The position numbers and the translations under genes were made by a program. 64,000 nt of DNA from Octopus sinensis (lineage: Eukaryota): contig NC_043012.1 in the NCBI RefSeq assembly GCF_006345805.1, positions 51,584,001-51,648,000 of the forward strand, given 5' to 3'. Positions 41,141 to 54,752 of this stretch are shown here, piece after piece. The notes beneath the pieces are model-generated. The model ran no database searches. It worked only from the letters and a program-made list of their open reading frames with translations, and was not told where the DNA came from. Positions within the stretch are counted from its first letter, which is position 1; the number at the start of each line of letters is the position of its first letter.

Positions 41141-41335
41141 CGATTTTTTCCTCCGTCTTCCCTTCTCTGGATCTTTCCTTTTCCTATGTTTCTGACGAAG
41201 AGCTCCGCTCGACACGTTGAACCCTCTTCCCTTCCTTCTTGAGCGTCCAATATTACTATATTTGTTCCACCTCCTCGCGTTGTTGTGTTTCCTCTTTGTG
41301 TTTCCCTGTTTGGATTAACTATATATATATATATA
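41141..41335 (+). mobile_element. Penelope-type terminal repeat (pLTR/3' end) ending in (TA)n
   Basis: Tail GAGCGTCCAATA..TTGTTCCACCTCCTCGCGTTG..GTTTGGATTAACTATATATA recurs at ~53420-53520; carries a hammerhead-like core. Confidence 0.7.
41188..41222 (+). ncRNA. Minimal type I hammerhead ribozyme core, one core substitution in this copy
   Basis: GTTT-CTGACGA-A-GAGC-TCC-GCTC-GACA-CGTT-GAAC: stem I GUUU/GAAC, stem II GAGC/GCUC, palindromic ACGU stem III; GACA replaces the required GAAA. Confidence 0.55.
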
Positions 41336-42313
41336 TATATTTAAAATTAAATAATAAGGGTAGAAATTGATATTAATCAATTAAAACCAGTGGCTTAGCA
41401 TATTTTTTTTAAAATCCGAAGATTAAAAATTGTTTTACATACACAATTTAGAGGACTGACCGCTAAAAGTGGACAGCCTATATGCTAAACATTGACGTCA
41501 AATTGCCATTACCACGAAGAATTTTTTTCTTTAGAACACATTCTTCGTTGTAATGGCGATTTGACGTCCATGTTTAGCATGTAGGCTTTCCACTTTTAGC
41601 GATCAGTCCTCAAAATTAAATATATATTATATATATATACATTTATGTATTTTGTATACGTATGCATATATTTCAGTACATATGTATCTATCTATCATTC
41701 TATCTATGTATGTAAGAATCAAGGCAACTCTCGAATCATATTTGCTGCGAATGTACGTTGAATATTAAATTATATCGTAAATTCAAATAGAGGTCAATGA
41801 AATAGTCGAATCAAGAATCGCATATTCGTACATTCAAACTGAAGCATAGGAATATGTACACATAGATACAAACATAGATGTAATTATATGTACACACTCA
41901 TAAAAACATGCATACTTATATATATGCAATAGGTTTTTTCAGAGTCACCCTTGAATGTATTTCAACGCCAACAGCACGATTCCTTTAAGCATGAGAAAGT
42001 TATCGGTTCAACAAAGTTTATATTTACTTTCGTTCATGTAAGGGTGACCTTTTTTGCGTATGTATACATATGTATATTGTGTGTCTGCATATACATAAGC
42101 AGTATATATGTGTGTGCATGTGTGTGTGCATGGAGTGAGTGTGTGGTGCATACATATACATATATGTATGTATATATATATATATATATATTAATATCTA
42201 TATATATATATATATATTGTTTATATATGCAATGTTTATAACATATATGAGCATATGACAATATACGCATATATATATATGTATATATATGTGAATACAT
42301 ATCAGAAATGTTG

Positions 42314-42366
<53 letters not shown>

Positions 42367-42889
42367 ATGTATGTATGTATGTATGTATATACACACATAT
42401 ATACAAATGTTTGTTGCAGCAGCTGAGGATGGCGGACGTGGGAGAAGGGAAAATTGTAAATAATATATAGGCCAACATCATTGCAGTCTGCTGAAGCAGA
42501 GAGCATAATTGATGGAATGGCTGGATACTAAATTACACCAAAATACAGAGGCGCCAAAATCATCAATATCTAAATGTGCAATTAAATTCATTTCGAAAGA
42601 AATCCATTATTGAAGTGCAAAGTGATACCAGGGAACACCTAATAAACATGTGCAGTTAAGTGATGTTGATAAATGACACAGAGACCCCCATTGTAGTGGG
42701 CAAAGGGACTTAGTCGAATTACTCCGGAAGTTGGAAAATTGTATTATATCTTCAGCAAATTTATTCGGCCGCTGCAACGTAATTCTGCAAAATCATACAA
42801 TGTATAGCCACTTAGTTACACAAAAAAAACGCACAAACACATGCAAACATGCACATGCATGCATATGTTTGGATCTGTATATGTTTATA

Positions 42890-42914
42890 TATGGTGTGTG
42901 TGTATGTATATATA

Positions 42915-42947
<33 letters not shown>

Positions 42948-42990
42948 CATATATATATATACATATATATATATACATATATATATATAC

Positions 42991-43041
<51 letters not shown>

Positions 43042-43326
43042 CATATATATATATACATATATAATACATATATATATACCTAATATATATATATATATAT
43101 ATATACATATATAATATATACATATATATATATACATATATAATATATAATATATATATAATATATATATATACATATATATATATACATATATATATAT
43201 ATCTATATATATAATATATATATATACATATATATAGTAATCTAATATATATTAGATATATATATATATATAATATATGTATATATATATATATATATAT
43301 AGGTATACATATATATATATATATAT

Positions 43327-43408
<82 letters not shown>

Positions 43409-43445
43409 TATCCATAAATATATATATATGTCCATAAATACATAC
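42890..43445. repeat. ~550-bp degenerate (TA)n/(TACATA)n array
   Basis: Read directly. Confidence 0.95.
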
Positions 43446-44727
43446 GCACACATATCATATATGTATATATACGGATGCATGTATGGTTAGGAGATGTAAA
43501 ATGTCCAAGCATTGTTTGTAAATATGTTAATGTGGTCATGTGTTGAAACTCAAACAATTACATCAGGACCAAGTTATGTTAGCCATTTAGAAACAAACAA
43601 AAATTGATATATTCACATTGGTCTGTTTCATATTAGCATTGTAAACTATAAAGTGTCAAAAATGTTTCTGTGTCAGCCAGCAGACATACTTGTTTGACAG
43701 CAGCTCCAATGAGTATATTGTAAATATATTGAATATATACGCACACATATATACACTCTGTCTCCCTGCATAGACGCAACAAATATACATACGTATATAA
43801 TTAAAATGCTGTCCACGAAATTGTCTAAATATACGTCTATAACACATCAATACACACACGCAAATACACACACAAATGCACACACACATTCACTCACACA
43901 CGTATACATTCTATTACGGCCGAAAAAGTGTTTACGTAGCCTTACTTAGAGTTTCACGTTTCACCAGCGCTAACATGAAACTCTAAGTAAAATTTTGTGA
44001 AGAAATTTGCCTTGAATATGACGCATATTATCCGGCCTTTGATATATGTGTACAGTGACTACATATATATAATTCGTATTACTTTTTGTTTTTTGTATTT
44101 ATATTCGTGTGGTATCGTCCGTTTTTCTTCCTTGTTTCGTATACATTCGATCCTTTTTCCAAGAAATATAATGCTCGTAGCTTAGTTTTCCTTGGGGCTG
44201 ACTGGATCGGAGCGATCTCAAAATTAATCAGCCGAAATTGCGAGGATGATCCGGTTCTTGACTGAAGATTAGAGGCTTCGAATGAGCCGTCCGTTTTTTT
44301 GTGTCGTCTATTTGAATGTTTTGCGTTCTTGTCCCATTTTGTATTTTATATATATTTTATATATATATTATATATATATATGAGTGTTAAACAAGACGTC
44401 AAAGCAAACATTAAGGCAATGTAAACATCTCAAGTGATATACAATCTTATTATAGGAAGAAATTCAAAATCTTACTGCTGTTTCTGGGATATCCCAGAGT
44501 ATGGGATATTCCATCATCGGAGACAAATAGCGGGAAAATATGGAAAATGAGAATGGCATACATCAATAAGATGGCAACATAGAGGTAGCAGGTAAAAGAA
44601 TAACGAGATGGAAAGAGAAAAAAAAGAATCCATAGAAACTAGAGCATGAGTCCTTAGGTGCAATCCTGCGTAGATCCATGAGCGTAAGTCTTTGGCGGAG
44701 GTAAAGAATATGGACTGCACCCGCTTT

Positions 44728-44987
44728 CTGTTATTTTAACTATTATTTTTTTTTCTACAGAAACCCACCTTTTCAACTGCGGAGATTCCGAATCTGCAAA
44801 TAAATAAAAAAAACAAAAAGAAAATCGGTATTTGAAAATGTTAATTTTGTAAAATTTCAATATTTCAAAAATAAAAAAAAATAAGAACACCCACTCCACT
44901 CCACTCCGCCAGTGCATCTGTGACAGAAAGTGAACATGTTGTGTTTGAGGGTCTTTTGGAATTAAGGTATGTAAAAATTAGTTTTTG

Positions 44988-45019
<32 letters not shown>

Positions 45020-45518
45020 CAACAAAATGATTTTAATTTTTTTTCTTTTTAGATAATTCGTATTTAGAAAGTGGATCTTTGGTTTGGCTGTTTTTTCTAG
45101 CTTTCATAAAAGTTGAAGATTTTGAAAAACCCACCAACCCGTTTTCAAAATTTTAATCCCCCCCCTCCACCACTCTGGCAAAAAATAAATAAGGGTGCGG
45201 GGAAAATAAAAAGTTTGAAAACATGATTCGTCGTTTAGCTGCTGATTCTACCATATCGAGTTTTCTATTTAGATACTTTCTTACGTCTGCTATATCAGTA
45301 GGAGGGGAGGTGTGATTATTATTATAATTTTTATGTTTTTTTGAAAGATTGAAATTTTACCAATTTTTTTTAGAATCATATTCTCCGTATTTCGCAAAAA
45401 AGAATTTTTAAAAAAAGTGAAAAACTTGGTGTGTATGGGGTAATTAAAATTTTGAAATGCCGAGTTTGCAAATTCGGAATCTGGGTTTCGGTAGAAAAAA
45501 TAACTAAAAAATAACTGA
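44728..45518. mobile_element. MITE-like element with long (~150-200 bp) diverged TIRs
   Basis: Left TTTTCTACAGAAACCCA..GATTCCGAATCTGCAAA..TCGGTATTTGAAAAT..GTAAAATTTCAAT mirrors right ATTGAAATTTTAC..ATTTTGAAATGCCGAGTTTGCAAATTCGGAATCTGGGTTTCGGTAGAAAA. Confidence 0.7.
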
Positions 45519-45527
45519 GGTCCTTTA

Positions 45528-45762
45528 CCTATTTCTTTATTACCCACAAGGGGCTAAACACAGAGGGGACAAACAAGGACAGACATAGGTATTAAGTCGA
45601 TTACATCGACCCCAGTGCGTAACTGGTACTTAATTTATCGACCCCGAAAGGATGAAAGGCAAAGTCGACCTCGGCGGAATTTGAACTCACAACGTAACGG
45701 CAGACGAAATACCGCTAAGCATTTCGCCCGGCGTGCTAAGGTTTCTGCCAGCTCGCCGCCTT
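45528..45762 (-). mobile_element. Young, apparently full-length CORE-type tRNA-headed SINE
   Basis: Minus strand AAGGCGGCGAGCTGGCAGAAACCTTAGC..GTGAGTTCAAATTCCGCCGAGG (box A/B-like) through CCCCTTGTGGGTAATAAAGAAATAGG. Confidence 0.92.
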
Positions 45763-46740
45763 AAAACATAGCGTTCCCATGCCCCGCCAAGACTTTAGGA
45801 GCAATCAAGCGTATATACCCATGTGGGTTGAAGTCCTGATATAGTAGACATCCCAAGAAAAAGACGCGAACATATCAACGTTCATTAACAGAATGATATG
45901 GGAAGTGACTATCGGTAAAAGTAAAGAAAAGAAATAGAGAGGTAGAGTGAAGTAGGGGGATTTTAAGGATTGCCTATATGATAAAGTAAAGGACATATGT
46001 TTATTGTGTCTAAGAATTGTGTACGAGGTAGCCGAGAGATGAGAGAGGGGATGGGGAGGTAGAAGAAGATAGAGTTAAAAAATAGAGCGAATTGAAAGGA
46101 ATATAAAGAGAGTTGTAGATGACAGGTAGTCTCAAAGTCTAAAGTTGTTTAGACTTTGCTGTTGGTGAGGAGATTTGGTAGTAATTGTTTGTGTCCATCC
46201 TGGCTAAAGTCAGTAGCTGTAGAGTTAATTTTAGAAATGGGGTTGTGTGTGTGCGTAGGTAGTCGAGAAAGGAAGAGTTGAAAGTTAAATTATTTATGAG
46301 TGGGAGTTAGAGTTAGGAGTTTATAGTAGGGGAGTTATTGGGTTTAGATTTAATATAAATTAGAGAATTAATATTTATCTCATAGTGTCATGAGGTACGG
46401 TAGATAGATATGAGGTAAGGCCAGGTACTAATAAGCATTATATAGATATAGAAGGGGTATGCGTTCATGATCATAGGGTTTTCTATGTGGGTGTATTTGA
46501 GGGGGGAACTAACATTTAAATTTATGAAAGAATTTAAAAGTGCGGAAGAATTTCTGCCTACAAGTGAAAGCCACGTTGTGTATATGTATATATATGTGTG
46601 TATATATATATATATATTAGAAAAATTGAGGTAATCAGATCAGATGGTTCATATTTGTAGATATTTATTTATATATTACATTTTTTACATATATATCATA
46701 TCATTCGGATTAGCGCTTGCTCCCATTCTAGTGGGTTTTC

Positions 46741-46782
<42 letters not shown>

Positions 46783-49082
46783 CTGTGTGTGTGTGTGTGT
46801 GTGAGCGTGTGTATATATGTGTGTATATGCACAAGTAAATCTAGAATAATGATATAATAATCATTCTCACTCTCCCCTCTCCTTTCCCCTTTTCTCTCCA
46901 CCTGTCTCTCTTTCTCTCTTTTTTTATATATATAAGAGAGAAAGAGAAACAAACAAAGAGAGACAGGAGGATAGAAGGAGAGAAATGGGAAGAGAAAGAT
47001 AGAAGGGGAGTGAATAATTATTATATCATTCGTCTAGATTTGCTTGTGATCGACTGTATATACTTGAGTGCTTGTGTGTGTTGTTGCTGTTTACTTTAAC
47101 TCTGCTTGTATAGAGACAACCTATAATGAAAGACTTGCTTTCCATTAACCTGACATCCTTATACATAATTTATCTATTACTGCCTTAGAATTATTTCCTT
47201 TTCCTGAAATAATTTAAGGTATGAGACAGAGGTATTTTGCTACTCTTTCTAGCAAATTGGGGATGTGGTTTCATGTTTTTAGTGGTTCTTTTCTCAGCTG
47301 ATATCTTAGCAATGATAACTTGGCTGTCTACGGTGTAACAATAGTCGCTTCCTAAACGAAATGTCAAAATAATCATAGAATATAGATTTATTATTTGAGG
47401 AGAAGCTATGAGTGTTGATGAAATATTCCAGAATCACCATGGTTATTTCAACGAATGAATAAGATATTATATGAAAAACTTTACTTGTATCTATACAGTA
47501 TTATTCTTAGAAATATGCTTGAATTATAATTTACATGTCAATTTTCTCTGAGTAGTGATCAATCGTCAGTATCTATGGAGAAGATGGTAACATGGTATAA
47601 ATATAGAAGTATGTATATTGAAAGAATTCAGAATACATTTCAATATTTTATGCAAATATACACAATTTCTTATTGTTACAGTGGTTTGATATATTATAGA
47701 ATTGTAGACGCAAACATGGCTGTATATTTAAGAAGTTATTGATTGATAACACAACGCTCCTGGTTCAATCCCACTTTGCGACGACTTGAGAATAAAGTTT
47801 GTGTTGTAGCTTTGATTTAACCAATAATTTTTGTGCAGAATTTATTACACGGTTCAGTATAGAAAGCTGTCGCTTTCCATGTATACAACGTACCATTTTC
47901 TAGATTAGTCTTTATCTTGTTAAAAACTGAATTGTGTTAATCTTGGAGGCTGAATCCTTCTCAATTCTGCAGTGCAACAAGTAGAATTCTATAAATTTAG
48001 TATCCAACAGGAATATGTAATGTGCTTGATGTTATAGTTCATCCTTGAAAGTATTACTGCTTAATTGTAAAGTCCTTTCATTGGAATCCTTTTCTATTTG
48101 TAATTTTCATTTTTCTCTTTGTTCAGAACTATGCCTATTGATATAACATTCAAATAACGTATTGTATTATTAATTCTTTATGAATTGTTTAGCATCTTTT
48201 CTCTGGCATAATAACATGGAAAGTTCTGCATCTTCAAGTGATTTATTATAGGCTATGCAGAAGATGAGGAATCCCAAATCGCCAGCATAATTTACCAGGC
48301 AGTTAAGCATGCAGCATCATTAGTGAGCGTTAACTTTGGATTGTATTATTTGCAATATACATCAGTACGTATATACATGCATAAATAGGTAGAAACATAC
48401 GTTCATACACACACGCAAACGCACATACACACACACATAAACGTGCTCATCATTTAAAGACTCGTAATATAGTTCTAATGATAAGGTAATGTATCACGTA
48501 CTTTTTGCCTGCTGTAATCATCGACCACTAAACTAATTACTATATCAATTATATATATCTTACATCAGAATATCTTCATCTAAACACCTTTCGCATCATT
48601 CTACTGTTTATTCGAAATTATATGCCCTGTCAATATATCTCTTATCTCCTTCATATAATTCAGTCAATGAGGTGTAAATTTTCAAATGCGTTACTGATGA
48701 CAACGTGTTTCTCGATAAGAAAATAACTACAAAGTGCATCGTTTCATTTCCAAAAAAGAAAATTGTAACCGCAGAGAACACAAAAAGCTATGCACACTGA
48801 GTGTTTAGGAGATACTATGTCAGTCGCAATTTTCCAGTACAACTTCGTGTGATATCAACACGAGTTTAAGCACACACACACACACCACACACACACACAC
48901 ACATAAACACACGCACACACACACATACACACACATACACACGCTCACTCACTCACTCAGACACATATATGTGCATAAGGAAAAACATTTAACCGCAAGT
49001 GTGTCTTAACTAAATAAAATAGTTGCAAAATACACTTAAATGCAGTGCTATACACACACACATATACACACACATATAAGCA

Positions 49083-49475
49083 CAGGCGTAGCTTTGTGAT
49101 AAGAAGGTTGCTTCCCAACCACATGGTTCCAGGTTCAGTCCCACTATGTTTCTTCTACTATAGCCTCGGACAGACCAAAGCTTTGTGGGTGGATTTGGTA
49201 GACGAAATTGAAAGAAGTTTGTTGCATATGTAATATATTTATGCGTGTATTTATGTGTGTGTGTCTGTGTTTATCTCTCCGCCATCGCTTGACAACCAAT
49301 GCTGGTGTGTTTATGTCCCCCGTAACTTAGCAGTTTGGCAAAGGACAACGATAGAATAAGTACTAAGCTTACAAAGAATAAGTCCTGGGGTCAATTTCTT
49401 CGACTAAACCCCTTTAAGGCGGTGCTCCAGCATTGCCACAGTCAAATGACTGAAAGAGGTAAAAGAATAAAAGAA
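49083..49475 (+). mobile_element. OR2/Nin-like SINE
   Basis: AACCACATGGTTCCAGGTTCAGTCCCAC..ATCGCTTGACAACCAATGCTGG..GGCGGTGCTCCAGCA..GTCAAATGACTGAAA. Confidence 0.88.
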
Positions 49476-49515
<40 letters not shown>

Positions 49516-50031
49516 GTGTGTGTGTCCATATAAAAAGGATAGTCTCTGAAACAACTGCACATTCAGTTAAGTAAACCGAGATCGCCATTGTTTAATAAAA
49601 GTACAAATATATATTGATATTAAAATTTAAAATCTGTCTGAAATTTATAGTCACATTAGGTCGGATCTTGAAGTGATTTCGGTGAAGATTATGTGATTGA
49701 GATTACAAGATATAATACAATTTTGAAAGATGGTGGATATGCTGAAACGATAGAATAACATAATTAGGGAAAAAAAATTAAAACAGCCTCCATTTTTCTT
49801 TTTTACGCCAGGGATACTTTCTGACTTCAACAGGTTAAAATAAGTAACAACCAAATTTGAGAGTTAAATGGATCTACTTTTTTCGCTCTCAAACGTTATG
49901 AAATTATAGCTATATTAAAAATCAATATCTTACGAATTTAATGCTAGTGGAGTGGTAGAATCGGTAGATAATCGGAGAAAAAACAAAAACAAACATACGG
50001 TATTTTGACAATTTCCTTTACCACTGGGCCT

Positions 50032-50456
50032 TGCGGATCTTTTCGGTTTGAACGCCAGTTTTTTCTAGCGGTATCATCTGAAATTGTCACCCATAATTAT
50101 GACCCTAGAATCGATCTATTGCATTTCAATCTCCTTTAGGGCTAGGGTTAGGGTTAGGGGTGGGGGAATGGTATCTTTTTTTCTTCACAAATGTAAATAA
50201 ACCCAATCTGTTTCATAAACGAGGGACATATTCATACGGCACAGAATGCTTTTTAACTCAATGGACGTCACTGATTGGTTGAAATTGCAGAAATTGAAGA
50301 AAAAAAACAACAAATATCTTACAAACTATAGAATTTTCTCAATAAAGCCAAGAGAAAAGATCTTTTATAAACACTTTCTACCAGTATACTAAGTTTAAAA
50401 TTTTTTAGTTACCTAGAAATTATGTTTAAAAACTACCGTTCAAACCGAAAAGAACC
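50032..50456. mobile_element. Non-autonomous TIR element with internal TTAGGG repeats
   Basis: GGATCTTTTCGGTTTGAACG (50035-50054) versus CGTTCAAACCGAAAAGAACC (50437-50456); TTTAGGGCTAGGGTTAGGGTTAGGGG at ~50135-50160. Confidence 0.85.
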
Positions 50457-52327
50457 AAATAAACATACGGTATTTTGACAATTTCCTTTACCACTGGGCC
50501 TCGCTGATAATTAAAATTATCGTACCTCTTAGATGTTGCGCTGACAGGGAAGTGAATGAATTCCAAAGTGGGTCTCTGTGACGTGTTGCTAGGTTCCTAT
50601 CAACTAAACATTCAAATTAGACCGATTTCAAAATCAGTTTGAAGCTACATAGTCACAAACTTCTGAAGTTCAAAATTTAGCAACACCGGAAAATTTAAAC
50701 AAATTACAAAAACAATTCTACTATAATGATAATTTCTAATTTAAATAACAATGCTAGTAATTTTAACGAGATGTCTCCGTTGGCACCAGTTCAGTCTTTG
50801 ATTTATCCCATATTTTAACTTTCCCAAGTGGACGAAATACAATGTTGACCTAGGAGGTATTCGAGCACAGATTGTAATGAACCAGAAGAAATACCGTAAA
50901 CATTTCCTAACCCAAATATGCTGCAACTATAATAAAACATTTTACTTACTTCAATTTGCGTGTCATTATCAAAAAAGACGACCCTTATAATTTCTTTATC
51001 AAAATACTGCTTCCTCGCAAACATTGCATGCTCGTGGCAAACTTCGGGGAGGTACATCAATGTGTTCTTTGATTCTCTTTTCTAGATGTACTTTGTTTTA
51101 CAAAACGCTATATTTCGGTATACCCAGCTCTGATGAAATGAGGGAATAAAGAATAAAAGTGATTACGTCTCACTTTATTTATGAATTCCATCAGGTGATG
51201 AATAAAGATGATCTTGATGAAATTTGAACTTAAAGCACACATTTTAAATGCGAATTCCCTGCCTTAATTGTTTAACTACTGATAGAAAATAACTACGGTG
51301 AGAATTGAAAAACCACAGTTTATTGAAACAAAATAAGTTGTCGTACTAGATTGATTTGGATGCAACCGTGGTTGATTCTGACATTCATGTTCATGAGAAT
51401 GTTGAAGTGAGTACCAAACAAAAATTAATGTCGATGAAATATACGCCATTCAAAGTGAATAACCTTGTGCTAGTTTCAGAAATCATTATTTCATAGAATA
51501 TTATTCATTCATATTTTTGCTTCATAGTTTTGTTGTTTTTACCAGCCCAATGATGATATACTCCAATTAAATATAATATCCATTACTATCCGTATGTCCT
51601 ACTTTTGCATATTTAATACGAAGAGTATTAATGATCTATAGTTTATTGTATGTTTAAAGATCGTTATTTTTTTCCATTACGTTCGCAAAATTCTAAACGA
51701 TAAATCGCTGCATACTTAAAATTTTAAATCTCTATGAAATTTTTTCGAAAATACTTTAAGTATTTTGAATACGTATACAATTTTGAGCAATAAAATGCAT
51801 ATTTACTTCGACATCATTTTATAAATATATTCAAAATATTTCTGTGTTCTTCAAGTATCGATTCATATCAGTCGCCGTAACATACGGTATGCGTCTGTTG
51901 TATGTCTACTAGAAAGATCGGAGATATAGAATAGACATCAATTGATGACGAAGCTACGCTGCTATCTCATAGATGGCGTCTTGCATCGGCAATCATTTTC
52001 TCGCAAGGGAACAAATAACAGATACAAACAAGACAGTTGTTCCTTATCTAAATACATCATCATTTCTATTGTATAGGAGATAATATAAATAAGAATATAG
52101 TGTATAATATTTCTACTTTATTTGTTTAGGTAAATGCCTATGTATTATTTTATAAAAATATAATCAGTTGAAGTGTCTCATCGGAAATATTTCATCCATT
52201 TTACATAAATTACTGAGTCACATTCCATATATATATATTTATATGCATACATATATACATGCACATACATATATATATATGTATAAGTTTTTACATATAT
52301 ATATATATATACATACACATATGTATG

Positions 52328-52363
<36 letters not shown>

Positions 52364-53384
52364 TATATAGATACATATATATATATACATAAGCCAAAAA
52401 TATTTAATATTATAGAATATAAAGTTATTTATGCTAAAACATTTATATTTGTTTGCAAAATATGGGTGCCAATGGACGCTAATCTGCAACATCTGTTCAT
52501 ATATTTTAAAACTCATTACAGTATATATAAGTAACGAGCATAGCTAGTTTTTCTAATTTTCTAAGAGGAAAGAGTAGATATACGCATGTTCTATGCAGTT
52601 TCACAGGGGGTACTGAGTGTAAATGAGAGTAAACCTCAAACTGCTCATGCAATTAGGGATTTTATTTGAAGACCGACGGTGCGAAATTCTCCCGGTGAGT
52701 GCTGGGCAAAATGCTTTTGGCAGTAAAAAGATCTTCGTGAATTTCTTGAACGTAAGTCAACCTACCAGAAATGTCAGGCAAATCTTATTTAAATCACGTC
52801 TTAGTGCATTGCTAACATGATAGATACATTGAAAAATATATTCAAAGACACAATTCTACGGAAATACTCCAAAACAAAGTAATTTATAGGTTGTTCGGTC
52901 AGGATCCTCTGGGAGATACGCTACAGTACGAGAACAACAAAAATGAAAGCACAGATAAGCAACAGCAATAAAAAGAACAGTAGCCACAGCAGCAGCATTA
53001 ATAGTCAGAAATTGATGATAAACTGGGTAATATTTTTCATGCGAATGCATTGACATAACCAGGAAACATAGTATATATTAGTTCAATGTATAGCATTCTT
53101 AAGATTCGTACAGTACGAAGATGGTTTCCCTTAATATTATAAATCCGATGTCTTTATTGTAGTTTTGTCCCATATCTCTCTTGAGTGAGCCTTCATCTTG
53201 CCGTACTGTACTTCTTGATATTATGTCTACGGTGCACTTTTCAGAAGATTAGGGTGTGTTTAAAAAAAAATTTCAATGTTGTGTTTAGAATACGAAGAGG
53301 TTAGCTTCTTGTGGCTCCCTGGGATATTTTGTGCACAGTATGTTAAAAATGTGAGAAAACATGAGAATATGTATATCTCTTTCT

Positions 53385-53522
53385 TTCTCTGTCTCGGTCG
53401 CTGTCACTTCCCTTCTTTCCTGAGCGTCAAATAATACTTTAATTGTTCCACGTCCTCGCGTTGCTGTGTTTCTTTCTGTGTTTTTTTCTGTGTTATCTTG
53501 TTTGGATTAACTATATATATAT
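53385..53522 (+). mobile_element. Second, more decayed copy of the Penelope terminal repeat seen at 41141
   Basis: CCTGAGCGTCAAATAA..TTGTTCCACGTCCTCGCGTTG..GTTTGGATTAACTATATATA. Confidence 0.7.
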
Positions 53523-53899
53523 ATACGTATATGTAAATACTTATATCTATACGTATATATATATAAATTAAATTTTAAAAATATGTTCTCTAACCAGTAT
53601 TTATATATATATATATATGTGTACGTATGTGTATATACGTGAATGTATGTAGATGTATGTATGTATGAATATAACGCGTGCGTGCGTGTATGTGTATGAG
53701 TGTACGAATGATATTGTGTACGTGCTAAAGAGTGTGCGTGAGTGAATGAGTGCTTGTTTTCAAGTAGACAGATAAATGGACTGGCTGTCATAGCCAAGAT
53801 GTTTGTGATCAGCGGTCAAAGATAACAAAAGTAATAAATGAAGATAATAAAATTAAAATTAGGGAATGGGTCTGTATTTGTATGTATATATATGTGTGT

Positions 53900-53923
53900 A
53901 TGTGTAGGTATGTATAGGTACAC

Positions 53924-53995
<72 letters not shown>

Positions 53996-54350
53996 ATGTA
54001 TGTATGTGTATATATATGTGTGTATGTGTATATATGTGTATATAGGGACTAGTGTGCTGTGTGTGCATGTGTGTGTGTGGATATGTGTGTGTATGCGTGT
54101 ATGTGTGTGTATGTGTATATATATTTTTCTGTGTGTATATGTATGTGTGGTCGTGTGTGTATATATACACACATGTGTGTATACGTGTATGCATGTGAGT
54201 GTGTGTATGTATACATATATGTGTATGTGTAGATATGTATATGTATGTGTAAGTGTATATATATGTATATGTGTGTGTGTATGTATGTGTGTATGTATAT
54301 GTATATATGTTTATATGTGTGTGTGTGTATATATGTATACATATGTGCCT
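53900..54350. repeat. Compound (TA)n/(TG)n/(TATG)n array
   Basis: Read directly. Confidence 0.95.
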
Positions 54351-54716
54351 AGGTATAAGTGAGAATCTCCTTATTTACCTAAAACTCTATTCCTTTTTTT
54401 TATATATTTTTTATATATATTTTTTTATTTTTTTATTTATTCTTTTATCTAATTTAATACTGACTCCTTGACCACTCCCCCAAGTATGATATTTTGCGCT
54501 ATGCCTACCCCCAAAAAGTCCCCCACCACCACCTCTTTAAACCTGCCTAAATGTATAAATGCCAATACAATTCTTGTTAACTAGCTTCCTGAAGATTTCT
54601 CTTGAATGAAACAGTTCTAGTCCTGTAGAAGCTCCTTCTATATAATAAATTAATTTTACTCTGCTATGAATTGAGTACCTTATTTACTGTGGTTAACCCC
54701 GAATCAACCCGGGACC

Positions 54717-54749
<33 letters not shown>

Positions 54750-54752
<3 letters not shown>

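Noticed and set aside
45700-45762. tRNA-like heads here and at 1075, 62761 and 63550 as tRNA genes
   Set aside because: They run directly into SINE bodies and lack a complete cloverleaf.
50135-50160. TTAGGG repeats as an interstitial telomere or fusion scar
   Set aside because: Only about four imperfect units, internal to a TIR element.
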